Source: a virus (Duplodnaviria; Caudoviricetes). From it: a stretch of 60,176 nt of DNA. How positions within the stretch are numbered: position 1 is the first letter of the stretch; every line of letters starts with the position of its first letter. The stretch covers positions 1-60,176 of the IMG/VR virus record IMGVR_UViG_3300030451_001785; one strand, given 5' to 3'. Position numbers and translations under genes: made by a program. Below are positions 8,601-16,862 of this stretch, one piece after another. A model generated the notes under the pieces. The model saw only the letters and a program-made list of their open reading frames with translations, had not been told where the DNA came from and searched no databases.

Positions 8601-11489
8601 TTGAGAAGAACTAAGTTCATTCTTTGCAGCTAGTAATGTCATTACCCTTTGCTCTACTGCTAAAGCATCTTTACCTCTAAATCTTTTTCCAAACTGTCCT
8701 GTTCTTAATAGTTCTCTTGCAGTCTTTCTAAGTCCTACATTCTCTTGTATTCTTTGATTAGTTACTGCATCTATCTTACCTAATCTTTCCATATTGTTTG
8801 CCCAAGCAGATATCTTACTATCGCTTGACAACTCTCTAGACATAAAGTTTATATTAGATAAATTAGTAGCAAGTTCTAAATCATTCTTTGCTCTTACTTC
8901 AAGTGCTAAGTTGATAGCCATATTAGAGGTGTTGTTTCCTAAACCACCCCCCATTTCTGCCACAACTTCTTTCCAATCTAAGTCATCGCCTACATTTATC
9001 TGTGCAAGTATTTCACCTGTACCCTCACCAATAGGGTCAACTATAACTCTTTCAGCAGTTAATGCTGCCATCCTTTTACCTCTACTTGCAACAGAGCCTG
9101 TTCTGAATACATTACCTGCTAATTTGGCAGTAATTAAATCTACTATAGCAATTGGTACACCTCTTTTTAAACCACGTTCTTTTCCTTCTGCCCAAACCTT
9201 TTCACTTTGTAAAGCTGCTGCTACAGATTCAGGGTCATTAATATCAAACCCTTGATTGCTTATAGCTTCTATTACTGCGTTGGTATATTCCATTGCAATA
9301 CTTGTCGCTGCAAAACCACTTCTAAATCCCCAAGTAAAACCTGTTGCTGCACCTGCTGCAGTACCTGCACCGGGAACAACACTACCATAAAGTGCACCTG
9401 TACCTGTACCTGCTGCAGTTGAGGCTGCTATAATTTTAGAACCATAAGGTAACATCATAGATAAACTTTGTCCTGCCAAAGTTGTCATCCATTCAAAAGG
9501 ATTATCTTGTATTACATCCCAAGACTCATCAAAGCCATTTGCTTTTTGCCACCTATATAAAACTCTTGATTTTTTAGAAGACCTATCTTGTAAATGTTCT
9601 ACAATTCTTTGTGCTGCTATTTTAGTGGCTTCAGGGTCATCTAAATCAATGCCTCCTAAAATATCAGGGAACATAGATGCCATAAGAATAACATCACCTG
9701 CTTTACCTCTAGATAAACCATTTTGCCATTCAGATAAAAACCCATCCATATTCTCTGCGTATTCTCCATTAGCCATTTTATCGTGCTTCATAGAGTACCA
9801 CAGTTGTGACCTTTCATAAACGTCTGCTGCTTTTTCTGAGTTAGCCAATGCATCTACATATCTTTGTTGTAGTTGCTTTTTCATTGCCGTCTCAGTTTCA
9901 TTAACAGGAACAACAGAGTTTAGTTGATTTGGCTTTACACCAAAAGCTAACAAGCTTTGTTTCTCAACCTCATCTAAATTTTGTTTAGCAATATTGTTTA
10001 CTCTTACTGCATTACCTGCACTTTCTCTGAATTTTTTTTGCAGGTGTAAATCAAAGTCTTCTCTAATTAACTCAGCTTCATCATCTAAGTAGTCATCTTT
10101 TAACTCTTCGTATCTTGCATTTAATTCTTTTTCTAATGTACCATAATCGGAACGCAGTCTACCGTTTACATATAGATTAGAAACACCATCTCTTTGTTCT
10201 TCAGGAACATCCGATAATAACCTTGGTGCAGTTTCTAAAAAGTCAAGCATACCCTTTACTTGCTCGTACTCATCTGCTATAGCTTTTTCTCTTTGATAAT
10301 CTCTACCTCTTTCATCATAAAAAGCTTTTGCTTCTGCATCGTGAGTTGATACATTTTTCCAACTACCCTGTGCAAATGCATTTGCTTCTTCCTCGGTATC
10401 AAAAACAAAAACCTCATCTCTTTCAACTGCTTTATTGTAAGCCTCCATACCATCCAACTCCATCCAACTCATATATCTAGATGTATAAGCATCGGGGTCT
10501 TTTGGAAATAAAGTAGGATAAGCCACAAACTTTCCATCTATTTCTGCTGACTGCATTAGTACAGTGGAGATTGTACCATCTTTATTTGTTCTTCCTACCT
10601 CTCTAAGATTCTTAGCCTTCATCGCCTTACTGACTTCATCAGTTGGAGACTCCATTGGCTTCAGACTAAGGTTATTCTTTATAAAGTTTTTTAATTTTTT
10701 AGACTCAGCAATTTCAGTTTTACTTGTAAAAGGGTCAAGGTCTATCTCTATACTTCTTGAACCATCAGGTGAGGTTACAATCATAGCATCACCAATACCT
10801 GTTTCTTCAAAGATGAAACCATACTTACCAAATTGGTCTCTTAAAAAAGGAACAACCTCTTCTTCTACTTTGTCTATTAAATTACCATCTATGGTAGATA
10901 ATGAATTTATAAAATCTTCATCGGCTTGTATACCTAATGCTAAAGATTGTTCTAAGTCTTGTCTTTGGGATTCTGCAAGTCTTTCTGTGTTTTGTCTTGC
11001 TAGTAAGAAAGGTGCATCTTCTGCTTGTTCTTGTTCCATTAACTGCTGAGTGTATTGTATATCAGCAATTTGTTGGTTTTGTGCTCTTTTTAAAGTTCGT
11101 GCATCAGGATACATACCAAGATTATCCATAGGATTTCTGTAATCCTTACCTCTGGTATCTTGACCTTTGCCAATTCTTTCATTAAACTCATAAGAAAGTT
11201 TATCTATATTTTCTTGACTAGGGTCGAATGTAGACAACTCCAATGAAGAATCTTCCCCACTGCCATCCATATTTTCTTGAAAGTCTTTTTTTTTTACCGG
11301 CACATTAACACCAATCAAAGTTGCAAAGTCTTGCTCCGAACCGTTATATCCGGTTGAAGTGAAAGACTTATAGCCATCTAAAAAAGCCTCACGGTTTTCT
11401 TGCATCAAAACCTTGAAGTCTGCTTTAGTTCCTCTATAACCTGTGTTAACGAACTCCTCGTATAAATCTTGAAATGCTTCTTCGTTCAT
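2631..11489 (-). CDS. Giant internal virion/ejection protein with zincin-like HExxH domain
   Basis: 2952 aa at the end of the structural operon; Gly/Ala-rich hydrophobic segment, Thr/Pro/Glu linker, HEMGH motif (6441..6455). Confidence 0.7.
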   Translation of the reverse strand: MNEEAFQDLYEEFVNTGYRGTKADFKVLMQENREAFLDGYKSFTSTGYNGSEQDFATLIGVNVPVKKKDFQENMDGSGEDSSLELSTFDPSQENIDKLSYEFNERIGKGQDTRGKDYRNPMDNLGMYPDARTLKRAQNQQIADIQYTQQLMEQEQAEDAPFLLARQNTERLAESQRQDLEQSLALGIQADEDFINSLSTIDGNLIDKVEEEVVPFLRDQFGKYGFIFEETGIGDAMIVTSPDGSRSIEIDLDPFTSKTEIAESKKLKNFIKNNLSLKPMESPTDEVSKAMKAKNLREVGRTNKDGTISTVLMQSAEIDGKFVAYPTLFPKDPDAYTSRYMSWMELDGMEAYNKAVERDEVFVFDTEEEANAFAQGSWKNVSTHDAEAKAFYDERGRDYQREKAIADEYEQVKGMLDFLETAPRLLSDVPEEQRDGVSNLYVNGRLRSDYGTLEKELNARYEELKDDYLDDEAELIREDFDLHLQKKFRESAGNAVRVNNIAKQNLDEVEKQSLLAFGVKPNQLNSVVPVNETETAMKKQLQQRYVDALANSEKAADVYERSQLWYSMKHDKMANGEYAENMDGFLSEWQNGLSRGKAGDVILMASMFPDILGGIDLDDPEATKIAAQRIVEHLQDRSSKKSRVLYRWQKANGFDESWDVIQDNPFEWMTTLAGQSLSMMLPYGSKIIAASTAAGTGTGALYGSVVPGAGTAAGAATGFTWGFRSGFAATSIAMEYTNAVIEAISNQGFDINDPESVAAALQSEKVWAEGKERGLKRGVPIAIVDLITAKLAGNVFRTGSVASRGKRMAALTAERVIVDPIGEGTGEILAQINVGDDLDWKEVVAEMGGGLGNNTSNMAINLALEVRAKNDLELATNLSNINFMSRELSSDSKISAWANNMERLGKIDAVTNQRIQENVGLRKTARELLRTGQFGKRFRGKDALAVEQRVMTLLAAKNELSSSQNRKEVFGPKIKEINAELSEILTTKQLRSPEQQTLLAGTGVLSVQEQASGTDVREGRQRYRIRKGIQGALGRFTEVSKEEFLKYVNNLSAAEMSRVSLSIDNDEEVSQMVANKLAESRVKPIQEKLNISQDGTLVVDQGEASTTTPTPETETTTPVAETVTPEAETTTPAVETPGQIQQQTEEDGVSSKTLETEEAVADTDAAAQEVTDLEQSLKATELNQKPKVDFKIETTNENNSDNVGPDEVDITTEINEIESPNVDVQVETQEESQKIDVNELNTRTDNPLKITKLEVVKGVPTIFSITDQLTTGNITNPETNNTIENLKGAIGFNGTTGNQNAAWANVTEKEAQGIIFKAEQVYQNNKELFDEYWAKNPEMNGLVPMNIVKMGENAIISNEAVFRVLLDNVTTLPERNRKAAVPVLKKEIRNKVKFYKKKARPPKELGEFEQLLDAVNKLNPTTLDDVLNDEFVQTLPLPVRSHLMRLITTGKANTPNQPSKRVTKVGKGSKAVPKVLMRGVEGQTSKINIGSITDVVTDPQLRNVPIGNVVSIVGVDVLNPGIVETTHPNYKYGVKGRSIGILENPQPMEKVYPKAYQKVFEKLIEKESTTTPESKPTSVKTIRAQQTGVGIGIPSFDYVGVIVNESPSNVDKLNSFMNIAFPGVVINADTETFNNVLESDNVRVYLKGNEVVYGVTVDGDIYLNPEVHNSESQLFNTSIHEMGHVWTDYLQTTEQGRKVYAKGAELVQQTETFKEQLKRFDGDVDKATNEAMAILIGNKGETIANASVKSKFKEWLLGMWNYIKKQFKMSTELTAEEIQDMTLDKFLGTALADIFAGKEIKMTDQQMKQLKNPEAAFSTGLSMDSIIEQGRREGFSDESIKVVLKNRGFKARDINNAMIVNIDLLKPMPREFGNVEGGAIVGQRLFNEVRDKVNAFAIEGPRGGRGRQGVRTKSFAEIRQKALDIMKENAIFKVQPETTQLELLNAFDRALGIRSNAQVRREIGDIRNKLKQRKIGADNITEAQRRMRMIVRRLLPNSKNYKNTQINKLIKIINETNPKNFDGKMSEVLTEVQKQRQLMKNQVIKKIENLVKKKSKTRKTSSGKRRSAGLDAAGQSYFAEVQGVLKAVMNNDIDALVAIQQSINPEAYEAAAELLREGKDITVLQQKLIDRQLALDTFADVMNMELEQVEELFTDVKTTRAESIANLNNRREARRAKVEQIKKEFNEQIEKDFNVLFDENGNLLSRNQLRNKKQEVRKAFDAGIWKGIKTFFQKFKDGDKLTADGISRYVRDFIAHLGTITRQLDRNSDGMFTEMFYNRLNDFDENNLQGVRRTENVMNSMTESTHNKTWEKWKYSLGTETMEMPGVKNTETGAAYTETFNVDQAMRLYALSKNDVQRKKLEKQNIDIEAIKTFIGPENIELVDQVVDFLSNTYFEQTNEVYQQVNDVNLGYVENYFPTRTLSKGDITSEMIGQGQFNKIFTAEYSPALKERTDLTGDIEIGLSFSEVMEDHVKSMEKYKAYAVGVKEMNEVLKDKSIVTLLEETGLGLLFRQNLNFAINPDSGPTVANDFVSKLQTRFTGFALALKLIQIPKQASSFVQAFEKYDSGSKIPGMDLFMFVRDYAEVLMTLRKQIREAREVSATFDNRIRKGLEGDIFGLESGSRTFKPTRARQDRLGRTARTTRKVAGFTTVAGDILGVLGYKALYNRAIKNGMSKAEALRLFNEYNATQQTRRSTEKSPAQQSTNAFNRFFTMFGSSLYLMMNNVGQSGKAITTSILNGKMPKKTDLRKFALNFSVANVAFTAVSYAPALLHGKDDEKDRALRALRDAAFGLNLLYSIPIIGTGVEQALAKMEGVRRPITEGVNPFSAIFRKIEREYKEVEDSGQLARILVPLFEIYAGMQLDAPLALFKLLGGDDSEENIYDLTGITPSYRPGYGQRKSKSKSKKPKTNKSDLKKIDPNLYKELYGPGSPSYETKKEMREMRKEIKEELEF
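8033..8048. repeat. 16-bp palindrome copy inside giant virion gene
   Basis: GTGTCTTTGAAGACAC on +, encodes VSSKT on the minus strand. Confidence 0.95.
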
Positions 11490-13531
11490 TATCCTCCTGA
11501 TGAATTATTATACCTACTCCTATCGTTATTATTGGAGTTGTTATTATTATTATTGTTGTTATTACCACCTCTTAGTGTACCTCTTGTTCTTCTTGTTGTC
11601 TGTCTAGAACCTTGAACCTGTAAAGCCATATCTTCCATACTCAATTGGTCTGCAGATAAATTGTGAAGTGATTTCATAAACGCTTCCATTGCATCATTAA
11701 ATTTAGCCTGAGTACCATAAGTAGATAAATCTAAATTAATGCTAGTAATTTCCTCACCTTCTGCATTCTTAATAACTAATTCATCGGTTACACCTCCACC
11801 CGTTTGAGCCACTGTAAATTGAGATAATCCCGGTAAGCTAGTTACATAAGTCTGTAGTCTTGTGTCAGAATTATTTTCATCATCAGGCTTTAAAATACTA
11901 GAAGCTGCCGGTGCTGATTCCTCAAGTTTTCTTTGATAAGCAGGTAATAAATCTTCCTTCTCTTCAAACTCTTGACCACCGTATCCTACGGATGTTGTAT
12001 TTAATTGTCTGTCAGGGTCAAGTCTTACTCTTTTGCTTACTTGGTTGATATCAGAAATTTTGTCATCTTCACTCAAGAAGAAGTTGGTAGCACCCTCAAC
12101 CCACTGTTGCTGACCTTGGTCACCGAAAGTTATAGTTTCTTGGTTACCATCTGAGTATCTAATTATAACATCCTCACCTGCTCTATCAATATCAGTGATG
12201 TCAGGATTGGTACTTCTCAAGAAGTTGATAGCTTCCATAACTTCATCATTGTCACCATAGTAAAGCTTGGCAACATTACTAAATACATTGTTTTGTTTTT
12301 TCTCTAAATCACCTCTTTCTATTTCACTTGGATTTTTAGGTCTTGCTTCTTTCTTCATAAACTCAGAATCAACTGTAGATTCATAGTCTACTTGTACTCC
12401 CACTTGTGATTTAAGAACTGTCTTAGCAACTTCTCTTTGTTCATCGCTTAATACAGTTTGAGTTTTACCATTAACTGTTTCTAATAATATAATATTTTCT
12501 GCACCCTTTATTCTTGTTCCATCTTTTCCGTTTACATAAACATCTTTAGGATTGAATGTGGTTTTATATTCTTTTCCATCAGGAGTAAAGTTTGCAAAGT
12601 CCATCAATATAGATGCACCTGAAAAATTTTCATCATTGATTTGACCATCTGCCCAATTATTTTGTGCTTGTCTAAATGAATTATATGATTCTAATTGTTT
12701 TACTGTAATTCCTATATCATCTGCAAGTGCTTGTTTTTCTTCCGGTGTCATACCGGGTCTTACTAAGCCTCTGCTAGTAATGTCTTCTACCTTTCTGATT
12801 GTTCCTGCACTTAATGTAGTACCCATAGTTTCAACCACAGACATAACTTCTTTACCTAAAGTTTCAGTCCACTTTTGAGCATTACCAACTACATCGTATT
12901 TGGTTATATTAGTTTTTATTCTGTTCTTTAAGTTTTGTACAGACACTAAATTGTTTGGGTCAGGGTCAGGAATTAAAGCACCATCAGGATTATCAGGGTC
13001 TTTAATCATTTTAGCCATAGAAACTAATCCTGTCTGTGGATTTATAATTAATTTGGCATCATTGAAATTAGCAAACCCTTCTACGTTACCCATAATCTCT
13101 AAATCAATTGCAGAGAGTTGTTCACTAACAGGAAGGTTAGGGTCGAGCATTGCCATTTTTTTGGAATACTCATCATTATAATCTTGTAATAAACCAAAGC
13201 CTTGGTCTGTGCCATCAGCTAGGTTTTGTCTCATTATGGTATACTGCCTAGGGTCTAATTGACCTGACTTCAAAAGAGTTTCTTGCATTAACATTTGCTT
13301 TTGCAAATCATCTGCAAAACCTAAAGCCATACCATTCAGGTCAGTGTTTTCACCCTGTGGTACATTATTTAAAACCTTCTGATATTCTCGTGTAGCTTGG
13401 TCAATGGCATCTTTCTTCTGTTGTCTGACTGCCATTTCTTCTTGAAGCATATTACTAAAATCTGCTCCAACCTCTGCCCAATTAATATTATCAGTGGGTT
13501 CTCTTTTAACGTATTTATAAGCTGTTGCCAT
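11489..13531 (-). CDS. Putative internal virion/ejection protein
   Basis: 680 aa between the small and giant ejection-like genes; poly-Asn C-terminus. Function inferred from position. Confidence 0.6.
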   Translation of the reverse strand: MATAYKYVKREPTDNINWAEVGADFSNMLQEEMAVRQQKKDAIDQATREYQKVLNNVPQGENTDLNGMALGFADDLQKQMLMQETLLKSGQLDPRQYTIMRQNLADGTDQGFGLLQDYNDEYSKKMAMLDPNLPVSEQLSAIDLEIMGNVEGFANFNDAKLIINPQTGLVSMAKMIKDPDNPDGALIPDPDPNNLVSVQNLKNRIKTNITKYDVVGNAQKWTETLGKEVMSVVETMGTTLSAGTIRKVEDITSRGLVRPGMTPEEKQALADDIGITVKQLESYNSFRQAQNNWADGQINDENFSGASILMDFANFTPDGKEYKTTFNPKDVYVNGKDGTRIKGAENIILLETVNGKTQTVLSDEQREVAKTVLKSQVGVQVDYESTVDSEFMKKEARPKNPSEIERGDLEKKQNNVFSNVAKLYYGDNDEVMEAINFLRSTNPDITDIDRAGEDVIIRYSDGNQETITFGDQGQQQWVEGATNFFLSEDDKISDINQVSKRVRLDPDRQLNTTSVGYGGQEFEEKEDLLPAYQRKLEESAPAASSILKPDDENNSDTRLQTYVTSLPGLSQFTVAQTGGGVTDELVIKNAEGEEITSINLDLSTYGTQAKFNDAMEAFMKSLHNLSADQLSMEDMALQVQGSRQTTRRTRGTLRGGNNNNNNNNNSNNNDRSRYNNSSGG

Positions 13532-13539
13532 ATATTATT

Positions 13540-14376
13540 TTATTGTCTACCGGGTATATAAATGTCGAATGGGTTTTGATAATTCTGAACGTATTGTTGA
13601 TTTTGAAACAACATAGCAGATTGTTGTGGTGTAAGGTCTCTTTTAAACTGACGGAATTGTCTGTTACTCATACCACCTATGGCATCAAAGTCTAGGTTTG
13701 TAAAACCTTCAGACCCCGGTGCACCTAAAACTTTATTTCCTTCTACATTTCCAAATGCATCAAATTGTTTTTGGTCAAACTGCATATCACCAACGGCAGC
13801 TTTTTGTGCTGAAATGTTTTGTGAATATAACGGCATCATCTGAATACCTTGTTGAACGGCACTCATTGTGCTTTGTATTCCTTGTTGTTTAGCTGCTTCT
13901 GCTGCTCTTTGTGCATCGGCTGCTCTTTGTTGGTTACCTGCGACTTCTTCTAAATCTAAAGCCACATCTAAATCTCTTAGTCTTGAATCTTCATCAACAA
14001 TAGCTTGTTCAATGTTAGTCATTTCGTCTGCCATTGCACTTCTTACCTGTCCTTGACCTGCTTGTTGTGCAGCATATACTCTACCTGCAGTAGCTGCTGC
14101 TCCTCTTTCGCTTTCTCTACCTGCTTCAGTAGCTTGAGCACCTTGAACATTTAAAGCTTCTCTTTCTAAATCGTAAGCTTCTTTTTTTATAGACATTTGC
14201 TCTGCAAAATTTACGTCTAGTTTACCTCTTGCTTCTGCCATTGCTTTTTCTGCATCTCTTTCGGCTCTTTTTTGTGCCTTTCTTTGTTTTGATGCTTGAG
14301 CAAAAGACATACCTGCAGATGTCGCAGATACTGCGAGTCCACCTATTGCTATTGCAGTTGATGTTGCTATTGCCAT
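13540..14376 (-). CDS. Putative small ejection (pilot) protein
   Basis: Hydrophobic Ala/Gly-rich N-terminus then Ala/Gln-rich helical region, in the position of P22 gp7/T7 gp14-type genes. Confidence 0.6.
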   Translation of the reverse strand: MAIATSTAIAIGGLAVSATSAGMSFAQASKQRKAQKRAERDAEKAMAEARGKLDVNFAEQMSIKKEAYDLEREALNVQGAQATEAGRESERGAAATAGRVYAAQQAGQGQVRSAMADEMTNIEQAIVDEDSRLRDLDVALDLEEVAGNQQRAADAQRAAEAAKQQGIQSTMSAVQQGIQMMPLYSQNISAQKAAVGDMQFDQKQFDAFGNVEGNKVLGAPGSEGFTNLDFDAIGGMSNRQFRQFKRDLTPQQSAMLFQNQQYVQNYQNPFDIYIPGRQ

Positions 14377-14377
14377 A

Positions 14378-14788
14378 TTATAATCCTTTTATCATTTCTT
14401 TTGTGTACGAATCTCCTTCAGTGTAACCTAGTTTTTTATAGGTTTCTATCAAGGATGGATGCTTTAATAATGCGTAACTATATTTTGCTCCTGATTTTGT
14501 ACACAAATTTGTTAATGTTTCTATAAGTAAACCAATAGCATTTTTTCTATTAGGTTTCTTTCTATATTCTTTATTAGATATAATCCAATCAACCCAAGCT
14601 ACACCTGAGTTAGTTAAATATATATATCCTGCACAAACAGGAATATCACCATCAAAAACAATCATACCACCTTTGCCATTATCCGGTAAGAAATCACGAG
14701 TAGGAGGTGTCCATCCCCAATCTTTCCACCAATCAACAAGAATGGTGTCATAATCGTCTAATTCAAGTGGTCTAATATCAAATATCAT
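14378..14788 (-). CDS. GNAT-fold-like protein
   Basis: IRPL...WVDWIISNKEYRK...YKKLGY pattern; lies ahead of the ejection genes as in many podoviruses. Confidence 0.6.
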   Translation of the reverse strand: MIFDIRPLELDDYDTILVDWWKDWGWTPPTRDFLPDNGKGGMIVFDGDIPVCAGYIYLTNSGVAWVDWIISNKEYRKKPNRKNAIGLLIETLTNLCTKSGAKYSYALLKHPSLIETYKKLGYTEGDSYTKEMIKGL

Positions 14789-14795
14789 TCACGAA

Positions 14796-14803
14796 CAAAG
14801 ATA
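14796..14803 (-). promoter_or_regulatory. Bacteroidetes-type -7 promoter element
   Basis: TATCTTTG on the minus strand just upstream of 14788. Confidence 0.55.
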
Positions 14804-14809
14804 CTAAAT

Positions 14810-15646
14810 TTATGGAAAAGATTTCATAGCTTCCGTTTCTACACCAAAAAGTTCTACTTTAGCCGTATTACTATTAGTAACGGTAAATACACCATAGTGT
14901 CCTAAAATACCGTGAGATTCTGAAACTGCATTCTTAATAAATAAAGTATACTCTGTTGTAGTAGGAAAAGCAACAGGTACAGGAACAGGTGTAACTGCCG
15001 GAACAAAGGTGTTACCGTCAGTATTAATTACTATTTGATTTATACCTGCAGGTAAGTTTTGATTTACCTGTGTAACTTGTCCTGCTAATTGTGGATTTGG
15101 ATTTCCGTGGTATATTATATCTCCAACACTTATTATATTTCCTATGTATAAAGTAGTTGGATAATCAATTGTAGTTAGGTTACCTGCCACAGTAACATTA
15201 CTTGAAGTTCCTAAACCATTTAAAGAACGTAATGCATATTCATCTAACTGAGCAGGAACGCTTCCACTGTTTCTTATAAAAGCATAGAATGAACCTTCCT
15301 TTTCTTCAAAATAACTTCCCTCAATAAATCCTGTATCTTGTTGGTCACTTATGATTGTAGTAGACCAAGCATCATCTCCCTCTAAGTTTATAGTTTTAAA
15401 AAGTTTATTCTCTAAAGGATTATCATTAAAAACAGATTGAACTACTGAATCATAATTAACACCATAATATTGGTTTCTAACAGGGTTCGTGTTGTGTCTA
15501 AATAAGTTCCCACCTTTAAAAGTGTAAAAGAAATTATTCATACCAATCATCCAATCTGCAAAGTATGAATAGAATGAAGGAAATCCTTGGACTCCTGAAT
15601 CGTAAGTTAATGTGTATGTATCTGTTTTAGTTACTGTGTTTGACAT
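14810..15646 (-). CDS. Tail structural protein, likely the C-terminal portion of a stabilisation/muzzle-type protein
   Basis: TLTYD...GFPSFYSY...FYTFKGGNLFRHN...KLFKTINLEG resembles, from recollection, the distal half of crAss-like stabilisation proteins. Confidence 0.55.
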   Translation of the reverse strand: MSNTVTKTDTYTLTYDSGVQGFPSFYSYFADWMIGMNNFFYTFKGGNLFRHNTNPVRNQYYGVNYDSVVQSVFNDNPLENKLFKTINLEGDDAWSTTIISDQQDTGFIEGSYFEEKEGSFYAFIRNSGSVPAQLDEYALRSLNGLGTSSNVTVAGNLTTIDYPTTLYIGNIISVGDIIYHGNPNPQLAGQVTQVNQNLPAGINQIVINTDGNTFVPAVTPVPVPVAFPTTTEYTLFIKNAVSESHGILGHYGVFTVTNSNTAKVELFGVETEAMKSFP

Positions 15647-15656
15647 ATCTTAATTT

Positions 15657-16853
15657 TTATTGTGGACAGTGAGTCGCATCATTACAAGCATAAGTAACGG
15701 CTGACTTCTGTACTGCGTTTATAGTTACTCCTTGACCCAATGAACTTATTGTTCCACAATGAACTGTAGGGTCAACACTTGCAGTTGATGTTTGTGGATT
15801 TGTTATTCTATGATATTGTATTACATCACCAACACTTAGTCCTCCACCAAACCTTCTATTCATAGTGTAACTATCTCCGGTCAAGCAATCACTAACAGTA
15901 TAAGTAGAACATATATCTTGAACCTGAACACATATACCACTTTGTAACTCAAAAATACTTCCATCTGCTTGTAGATAAAATCCATCTGCAGGAAAAGAAA
16001 CACCATCGTGGTCGTTAAATACATAATCATCTACTGTGACAACTCCTTGAGTTCCGTTTATTGGAACAGGTTGATGATATAAAGTTGTAAATATTGATAG
16101 AGCACTTATGTTTTGCTGACCACAAACATCTGTTATAGTTTGTGTTTGAGCAGTTCCCATAAATCCTGTTAGTGGTGTAGGACAAGCTATTTGTACATTC
16201 CAAGCAGTTCCACCACAAGGTCCAATAAATTGAAACTGTGCAGTTGCAGGACTTGGGTTAGGTTTTGGAACAACCATTACACAATCACCCGGTGAACCAT
16301 TGGTTAACTGCCCTTGTCCGGGAGCAATACTTACATTTTGTGTAGTTCCTGTATTTACAAAATTACCTTGCTGATAATTAAATACTTGTATTGTTTGATT
16401 ATATGTTCCTGCCTGAACGCCACAGGTATCTGAATTTGTTGAGCCTACATAAGTAGGTACACCTGCTACCGTACTTTGTCTAAGACCTATACCGGGTGCA
16501 CTAAGTTTATTATATACACTGCCATCATAAGTACACATAACACCATCGGGTACTGCTAATGGGTCAAACACTATAACAATAGCACCTGTATCAGTTGCAG
16601 TTCCACCAACATCTAAGTCTAATAAATAAACTCCTTGAGCACCACTTCCTCCAATTGTACCACCACAAGGAGTTGCACAAGTAGGACATATCTGTGGAGG
16701 TAATAAAACACAACCACTACCTTGACTCACTTGCTCTCTAACGCTTATACCATCAGAATAGAATCCATTAGCTGCACAAATAGTTAGTGCTGCATCATCA
16801 TACACTGCAGTTGAGTTATTTAAAGTTGTTCCGTCTATATAATAATTTGCCAT
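15657..16853 (-). CDS. Cys-rich putative virion surface protein
   Basis: 398 aa, about 17 Cys, Gly/Thr-rich, within the tail module. Confidence 0.6.
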   Translation of the reverse strand: MANYYIDGTTLNNSTAVYDDAALTICAANGFYSDGISVREQVSQGSGCVLLPPQICPTCATPCGGTIGGSGAQGVYLLDLDVGGTATDTGAIVIVFDPLAVPDGVMCTYDGSVYNKLSAPGIGLRQSTVAGVPTYVGSTNSDTCGVQAGTYNQTIQVFNYQQGNFVNTGTTQNVSIAPGQGQLTNGSPGDCVMVVPKPNPSPATAQFQFIGPCGGTAWNVQIACPTPLTGFMGTAQTQTITDVCGQQNISALSIFTTLYHQPVPINGTQGVVTVDDYVFNDHDGVSFPADGFYLQADGSIFELQSGICVQVQDICSTYTVSDCLTGDSYTMNRRFGGGLSVGDVIQYHRITNPQTSTASVDPTVHCGTISSLGQGVTINAVQKSAVTYACNDATHCPQ

Positions 16854-16862
16854 AGTTCTAAA

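Noticed and set aside
3406-13181. Plus-strand ORFs inside the giant and 680-aa genes (and similar antisense ORFs elsewhere)
   Set aside because: They are antisense shadows with Ser/Leu/Phe-rich composition and no initiation signals.
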